Source: Macrostomum hystrix | Lineage: Eukaryota; Animalia; Platyhelminthes | Length of the DNA stretch: 64,000 bases | NCBI GenBank assembly: GCA_950097015.1 | Contig: CATNEN010000005.1 | Coordinates: forward strand, 1,488,001-1,552,000 | Reading direction: 5' to 3' | Shown here: piece by piece, positions 63,801-64,000 of the stretch | Numbering within the stretch: the stretch's first letter is position 1 | How the letters are laid out: each line of letters begins with the position of its first letter | Position numbers and translations under genes: made by a program | The notes under the pieces: model-generated | What the model was told of the DNA's origin: nothing | Database searches by the model: none | The model's input: only the letters and a program-made list of their open reading frames with translations

Positions 63801-64000
63801 CATATCTAATCAAAATCCTCCCTGTCTTCTCGAAGCCTCCATATCTAATCAAAATCCTCCCTGTCTTCTCGAAGCCTCTATATCTACTCAAAATCCTCCC
63901 TGTCTTCTCGAAGCCTCCATATCTAATCAAAATCCTCCCTGTCTTCTCGAAGCCTCTATATCTACTCAAAATCCTCCCTGTCTTCTCGAAGCCTCCATAT
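60900..64000. repeat. 39-bp satellite CTCAAAATCCTCCCTGTCTTCTCGAAGCCTCTATATCTA, ORC4 intron 2, open at the window edge
   Basis: About 77 copies; the unit is 13 codons with no stop in one - strand frame (spurious 996-aa ORF). Confidence 0.97.

Noticed and set aside
60979-63969. 996-aa ORF (RYRGFEKTGRILS)n on the - strand
   Set aside because: It is exactly the 39-bp satellite (13 codons, no stop in that frame), lies antisense inside an ORC4 intron, and has no unique coding flanks.

Overview
Eukaryotic (metazoan) genomic DNA with spliceosomal GT-AG introns. I resolved seven protein-coding genes by hand-checking splice sites and reading-frame phase: KDM6A/UTX (-, runs off the left edge), a LIM-only LMO gene (+), a complete 11-exon RAD50 (-, about 1356 aa), GAS8/DRC4 (+, about 487 aa), a CD-M6PR/ATG27-like type I membrane protein (+, 262 aa), a two-exon 206-aa protein I do not recognise (-), and ORC4 (+, runs off the right edge). 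There is also a tRNA-Val(CAC), a 1.9-kb non-autonomous Helitron carrying a PIF1 helicase C-terminal fragment and a nested hAT-type MITE, two tRNA-derived SINE families and a probable decayed RTE-like LINE fragment. The dominant feature is tandem repeat, roughly 30 kb or about 45% of the window by summing array spans. About 20 of the 26 resolved introns carry their own minisatellite (units 16-66 bp, arrays 0.2-9.2 kb). Several units carry AG|GT or donor-like motifs on the transcribed strand, most cleanly a 20-bp CTAACAG|GTAAC array in the 3' UTR of the M6PR-like gene. The architecture resembles what is reported for Macrostomum-type flatworms, but the organism is only an inference. All long low-complexity ORFs in the supplied track are repeat artefacts. 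No CRISPR array or rRNA was seen.
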